A stretch of 64,000 nucleotides of DNA. Origin: an uncultured Verrucomicrobiae bacterium. GTDB taxonomy: Bacteria > Verrucomicrobiota > Verrucomicrobiia > Chthoniobacterales > Chthoniobacteraceae. The DNA lies in contig CAVYKI010000010.1 of NCBI GenBank assembly GCA_963769025.1, positions 256,001-320,000 of the forward strand. The letters run 5' to 3'. Both the position numbers and the translations under genes were made by a program. Shown piece after piece: positions 59,411 through 64,000 of the stretch. The first letter of the stretch is position 1. Each line of letters begins with the position of its first letter. The notes beneath the pieces are model-generated. The model made no database searches and was not told the DNA's origin. It was given only the letters and a program-made list of their open reading frames with translations.

Positions 59411-60546
59411 TGCTCTACTATCTCGAACGGCTTGCCGATCACACCACGAGCGAGTTTCTCAAGGCGCTCAACGTTTTCCAGTATGTGACCTTCCGCGCCG
59501 TGGGCGCGGCGCTCACGGCGTTTCTGCTCTCACTCGCGCTCGGCAATTTCACGATTCGCAAGCTCCTCTCGCTCAAACTCGGCCAGCCAATCCGGAACAA
59601 GGAGGAGGTCCACAAGCTCGCCGAACTGCATGGCCAGAAAGCCGGCACGCCGACGATGGGAGGCATCCTGCTCCTCGGCACGACGGTCTTCTCCACGCTC
59701 CTGTGGGCGCGGCCGGACAATTCCTTCGTCTGGATCGTCCTCGGCGCGATGGTCGCCGCGGGCGCGCTTGGATTTGTGGACGACTACCTGAAGGTCGCGA
59801 AGAAAAACTCCGCCGGAGTGAGTGAACGCACGAAGATCATCGTCCAGTTGCTCATCGCGATCGGCGTCACGTGGTTTTTTCTGTCCGACTCGCGCATCAA
59901 CCAGCAGGCCAGCGCCCTCTACGTGCCGTTCTACAAGAAGATGCTCATACCGAACATGGGCATCATCATCACGTTCCTGTTTTTCGCGGGCATCATCCTC
60001 GGCACGTCGAACGCGGTGAACCTGACCGACGGGCTCGACGGGCTCGCCACCGGCTGCACGCTCACCGTCACGTTCGCCTACGCGGTGCTTGCTTACATCG
60101 CCGGCCATCACGTCATCGCGGACTACCTGCAGGTCCCCTTTTATCCGCAGGCGGGCGAACTCACGGTCTTCTGCCTCGCACTCGCCGGCGCATCGCTGGG
60201 GTTCCTGTGGTTCAACGCGCATCCCGCAAAAATGTTCATGGGCGACACCGGCTCGCTCGCGATCGGCGGCGCGCTCGGCGTCGTGGCCATCTGCGTGAAA
60301 CAGGAATTGCTGCTGCTCGTCATCGGGTTCGTGTTCGTGCTCGAGGCGGCCTCGGTGCTCATCCAGCGGTTCTATTTCAAATACACGAAGCGCAAGTATG
60401 GCCAGGGCCGGCGGGTTTTCCGCATGGCGCCCTTGCATCATCACTTCGAGCTGTCCGGCATCAACGAGACCGTCGTCGTGACGCGCTTCTGGATCGTCTC
60501 CTTCATCTGCGCCCTCATGGGGCTCGCAACGCTGAAGCTCCGGTGA
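59410..60546 (+). CDS. mraY: Phospho-MurNAc-pentapeptide transferase
   Basis: KAGTPTMGG, DDY.K, NAVNLTDGLDGL, FMGDTGS, APLHHHFE. Confidence 0.96.
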   Translation: MLYYLERLADHTTSEFLKALNVFQYVTFRAVGAALTAFLLSLALGNFTIRKLLSLKLGQPIRNKEEVHKLAELHGQKAGTPTMGGILLLGTTVFSTLLWARPDNSFVWIVLGAMVAAGALGFVDDYLKVAKKNSAGVSERTKIIVQLLIAIGVTWFFLSDSRINQQASALYVPFYKKMLIPNMGIIITFLFFAGIILGTSNAVNLTDGLDGLATGCTLTVTFAYAVLAYIAGHHVIADYLQVPFYPQAGELTVFCLALAGASLGFLWFNAHPAKMFMGDTGSLAIGGALGVVAICVKQELLLLVIGFVFVLEAASVLIQRFYFKYTKRKYGQGRRVFRMAPLHHHFELSGINETVVVTRFWIVSFICALMGLATLKLR

Positions 60547-60548
60547 AA

Positions 60549-61889
60549 ATGCACGTCTCCGGCAAACACATCGCCGTCCTCGGCGCGGGCGAAAGCGGCG
60601 GCAGCGCCGCGCGCCTCCTGCTCGACGAAGGCGCGCACGTCACCGTGCTCGACAGCGGCGCGCCGGACGCGCTCCGCGAGAAAATCGCGGCGCTCGAAAC
60701 AGCCGGAGCATGCGTGATCGCCGGGCCCGCTGCGGATACGGACACCGGGAGCTACGACCTTGCAGTCCTCAGCCCGGGCATCGAGCCCACCAGCACGCTC
60801 GTGAAAGGCATACTCGCGCGCGCCATCCCGATGCTCGGCGAGCTCGAACTCGCGTTCGTGCTGTGCGGGCGTCCGGTCATCGCGATCACCGGGACGAACG
60901 GCAAGACCACCACCACTCAGCTCGTCGAGCAAATGCTGCTCGGCTGCGGCGTGAAGACCGTCGCGTGCGGCAACATCGGCCCGGCATTCTCGGCGAAGGT
61001 CCGCGACGGCCGCGCGATGGACGTGATGACCGTGGAGGTCAGCAGTTTTCAGCTCGAGGAAATCCGGACGTTCCGCCCTGCCGTCTCGGTGTGGCTCGGC
61101 TTTGCGCCTGATCATCTCGACCGATACCCGTCCCTGCAGGCGTACTACGACGCAAAGGCGCGCATCTTCGAGAACCAGACCGCGGAGGACTGGGCAGTGG
61201 TGAACCTCCGCGACAAGCTTCCGCCGCTGAAGGCACGCCGCATCACATTCAGTGCCTATCAGGGCGGCGGCGACTTCGACCTCCGCGATGGCGTGATCCA
61301 CTTCCACGGCGAGCCCGTGCTGGAGATGCGCGCCACGAATCTGCGCGGCTCGCACAACGCCGAGAACCTCATGGCGGCGCTCGGCGTGGGAAAGGCCTGG
61401 GGACTCGATTTTGCCCGGATGGTCCCGCCGCTCTCCGCTTACAAGGCGCTGCCGCACCGCTGCGAACTCATCCGCACACTCGACGGCGTGGACTATGTGA
61501 ATGATTCGAAGGCCACCAACCTCGACTCGCTCGAAAAGGCGCTCGACGGGGAAACCCGCCCCGTGGTGCTCATCGCCGGCGGCAAGGACAAGGGCTTCGA
61601 ATTCGACAGCGTCACCGACCTCGTTGCGCGGAAATGCCGCTGCGCCGTCCTGCTCGGCGAAATGGCAGGGCGCATCGAACAGCTCTGGAGCCGCAGGCTT
61701 CCATGCATCAATGTCGGCCGTTCGCTCGAGCGCGCGGTGCACACCGCGCGCTCCGAGGCGCGGTCCGGCGACATCGTGCTCTTCAGCCCCGGGACAAGCA
61801 GCTTTGACATGTTCCGCAACTACGCCGACCGCGGTAACCAATTTCGCACCATCGTCCACTCGTTCGCACCAACCAACTCAACGCCATGA
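60549..61889 (+). CDS. murD: UDP-MurNAc-L-Ala:D-Glu ligase
   Basis: GTNGKTTT, EVSSFQL, DHLDRY, NDSKATN, SFDMF. Confidence 0.95.
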   Translation: MHVSGKHIAVLGAGESGGSAARLLLDEGAHVTVLDSGAPDALREKIAALETAGACVIAGPAADTDTGSYDLAVLSPGIEPTSTLVKGILARAIPMLGELELAFVLCGRPVIAITGTNGKTTTTQLVEQMLLGCGVKTVACGNIGPAFSAKVRDGRAMDVMTVEVSSFQLEEIRTFRPAVSVWLGFAPDHLDRYPSLQAYYDAKARIFENQTAEDWAVVNLRDKLPPLKARRITFSAYQGGGDFDLRDGVIHFHGEPVLEMRATNLRGSHNAENLMAALGVGKAWGLDFARMVPPLSAYKALPHRCELIRTLDGVDYVNDSKATNLDSLEKALDGETRPVVLIAGGKDKGFEFDSVTDLVARKCRCAVLLGEMAGRIEQLWSRRLPCINVGRSLERAVHTARSEARSGDIVLFSPGTSSFDMFRNYADRGNQFRTIVHSFAPTNSTP

Positions 61890-62656
61890 AAAACCCGATC
61901 CACAAACTCCGCCGCTTCTTCGTCCGCTCACGGACGTACAATGCCGCTGCCGCACGGACGGCGTCGCAGACGTCGCACGATGAGGATGACGGCACCAACC
62001 GCCTCTCGGGCGCGTTCATCATCGTGCTCCTGCTCCACATCATCGCCGTCGTCGGCGTGTTTGCCTTTGCCAGGATCAAGGAAAGCCGCAGCCACAGCGC
62101 CGCGCCGGATAATCCGGCGACCACGACGACGGCAAAAACCGCGCCCGTGAAATCGCCGGCACCGAAAGTCCCGGCCCCCGCGGCCGCCGCATCGATCGTC
62201 GCCTCCAACACACCGCAGCCCACGCCCCACGAGGCATCCAAGGCGTCCGCAACCGGCACGCAGACGACCTATGTCGTGAAGGAAAACGACACGCTCACGA
62301 AGATCGCCTTCGCGTACAACGTCGGCGTGACGGACCTGGTCTCGTCGAACAAGTTGAAGAACCCCGGCGACATTCACCCCGGACAGGCGCTCGCGATTCC
62401 CGGGACAAAACCGGCGCAAAAGGCCGCCTCGACAACCGAGAGCAAGCCCGCGCAGGCGACTGCACAGAAGGCCTCCCCGACGCCGGCGGAGCGCAAGCCC
62501 GTCAAAACCTACGTCGTGCGCAAAGGCGACACGGCCTTGAAAATCGCGCGTGAAAACGGCTGCAGCTACGAGGACCTGATGAAGGCGAACAACGTCAAGG
62601 ACCCGAAGAAAATCCAGGCCGGCCAGGTGCTGAAACTCCCCGTGAAAAACGGCTAG
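61886..62656 (+). CDS. Membrane-anchored double-LysM protein
   Basis: TM helix, then YVVKENDTL..IA and YVVRKGDT..IA LysM repeats. Confidence 0.9.
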   Translation: MKNPIHKLRRFFVRSRTYNAAAARTASQTSHDEDDGTNRLSGAFIIVLLLHIIAVVGVFAFARIKESRSHSAAPDNPATTTTAKTAPVKSPAPKVPAPAAAASIVASNTPQPTPHEASKASATGTQTTYVVKENDTLTKIAFAYNVGVTDLVSSNKLKNPGDIHPGQALAIPGTKPAQKAASTTESKPAQATAQKASPTPAERKPVKTYVVRKGDTALKIARENGCSYEDLMKANNVKDPKKIQAGQVLKLPVKNG

Positions 62657-62666
62657 CCATCCCCCG

Positions 62667-63830
62667 ATGCAAAAGCGCTTCGTCTTCATCAACGTCTTCC
62701 TCCTCGTGATCGCGGTCGCCACGCTCACGACGATCGGGATCGTGATGCTCACGAGCACAGGCGCCTACGCGCAGGACGCAAAAGGAGACCCGACCTTCTT
62801 CCTCTCGCATCAGCTCAGGTGGCTGGGCGTTGGCGTCGTTCTGTGCGTGGCTGCGGCGCTGATCGATTACCGCTGGATGGAAAAGCGGTGGTGGCTTTTT
62901 TACATCGGTGCCGCAGTGCTGCTCGTGTGCTGTTTCGTCCCCGGGATCGGGAGGAAGATCAACGGTTCGTACCGATGGATCGGGACAAAGTCACAGACGG
63001 TGCAGCCATCGGAATTCGCGAAACTTGCGGTACTCGTGACGCTCGCGTGGTGGTTTTCACGGAAGGAAACGAAGCCTCGCGAATTCCTCCGGGGCTTCGT
63101 CTATCCCATCTCCATCGTTCTTGTCATCGTCGCGCTCATCGCGAAGGAGGTGGACCTAGGCACCTCGACACTCATCCTCTGCACGACACTTGTGGTCATG
63201 TTCGTCGCCGGGACGCGGCTCCCCTACATCGGTCTGAGCGCCCTCGCCGGGGCCGGGGCGCTGGCCTTCGCGATCTGGCTCATGCCCGAACGCACCGATC
63301 GCTTCCTTGCGTTCCTTGATCCGGAAAAATATCCGAAGGACGCATACCAGCAGGTGCAGGGGCTCATTGCCATCGGCTGCGGCGGAGTTCCCGGGCTCGG
63401 CCTCGGGAACGGGCGGCAGAAATTCTCGTATCTGCCCTTCGCACACACCGATTTCATTTTTCCGGAGATCGGCGAGGAACTCGGGCTGTTCTTCTCGCTC
63501 GGCGTGATTCTCTGCTTCCTCGTCGTCCTCGTCGCCGGCACCGTGATTGCGACCCGTGCGAGCGACCGCTTTGGCAGGCTGCTCGGCGTGGGAATCGTGA
63601 TGCTCCTCGCGCTCCAGGCGATCATGAACATCGGCGTGACCACCATGGTGCTGCCCAACAAGGGCCTGCCTCTCCCGTTCATCAGCTACGGCGGTTCGAG
63701 CCTCGCCTTCTGCCTCGTGAGCATTGGCATCCTCCTCAGCATCTACCGGCGCGGCTTCGGCGAGCGGCCGGACCCCGAAGGCATGCGTTTCGATTCCAAA
63801 ATCCGCATCCGAAAAACCCCACGCATTTAG
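62667..63830 (+). CDS. ftsW: SEDS peptidoglycan polymerase FtsW
   Basis: RWI, QPSEFAK, LPFAHTDFIF, LPFISYGGSS. Confidence 0.94.
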   Translation: MQKRFVFINVFLLVIAVATLTTIGIVMLTSTGAYAQDAKGDPTFFLSHQLRWLGVGVVLCVAAALIDYRWMEKRWWLFYIGAAVLLVCCFVPGIGRKINGSYRWIGTKSQTVQPSEFAKLAVLVTLAWWFSRKETKPREFLRGFVYPISIVLVIVALIAKEVDLGTSTLILCTTLVVMFVAGTRLPYIGLSALAGAGALAFAIWLMPERTDRFLAFLDPEKYPKDAYQQVQGLIAIGCGGVPGLGLGNGRQKFSYLPFAHTDFIFPEIGEELGLFFSLGVILCFLVVLVAGTVIATRASDRFGRLLGVGIVMLLALQAIMNIGVTTMVLPNKGLPLPFISYGGSSLAFCLVSIGILLSIYRRGFGERPDPEGMRFDSKIRIRKTPRI

Positions 63831-63833
63831 CCC

Positions 63834-64000
63834 ATGCAACACCCTGCCAACCACCCGCAACCCACCCGCCCCGCAGCGGACACGTCCGAGGAACTTCACC
63901 CGCCCGTCACACGGTGGAGCGTCCCAGCACCGCGACTCCAGGGCGTGCGCTTCCAAGGCCCCATCGCGATGGTCCGCACCGTCAATTCCCCGCTCCGTCC
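63834..64000 (+). CDS. Partial unknown ORF after ftsW (not MurG-like so far)
   Basis: ATG 3 nt after the ftsW stop, open to the window end (MQHPANHPQPTRP...). Confidence 0.35.
   Translation, partial: MQHPANHPQPTRPAADTSEELHPPVTRWSVPAPRLQGVRFQGPIAMVRTVNSPLR

Overview
GC-rich bacterial chromosomal segment, most likely Verrucomicrobiota (PVC). That assignment is inferred from DUF1549/DUF1553/DUF1501 and PVC-type heme-binding proteins, DUF5069, and a murD-LysM-ftsW dcw layout. It holds tRNA-Arg(ACG), housekeeping genes (hemW, alr, lepB, xth, mgtE, rluE, yhbY), a ~17 kb co-oriented cluster of large exported redox proteins (19.5-36.5 kb), a deoxyhypusine-synthase-like locus, a GMC dehydrogenase locus with a truncated paralog, an IS5 remnant, and the first part of the dcw cluster (mraZ to ftsW). 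Many genes, including alr and murE, are broken by single-base insertions that look like long-read errors. The strongest unexplained signal is a set of miniature palindromic elements. Four 27-nt GTAG hairpins with fully co-varying stems form two inverted doublets that supply host stop codons. An ~80-nt GTAG element is translated in frame inside a cytochrome gene. A third inverted element was hit by an IS5, and a fourth is built from CGCAGAT units. No cognate transposase is present in the window. All product calls come from motif recognition, not database searches.
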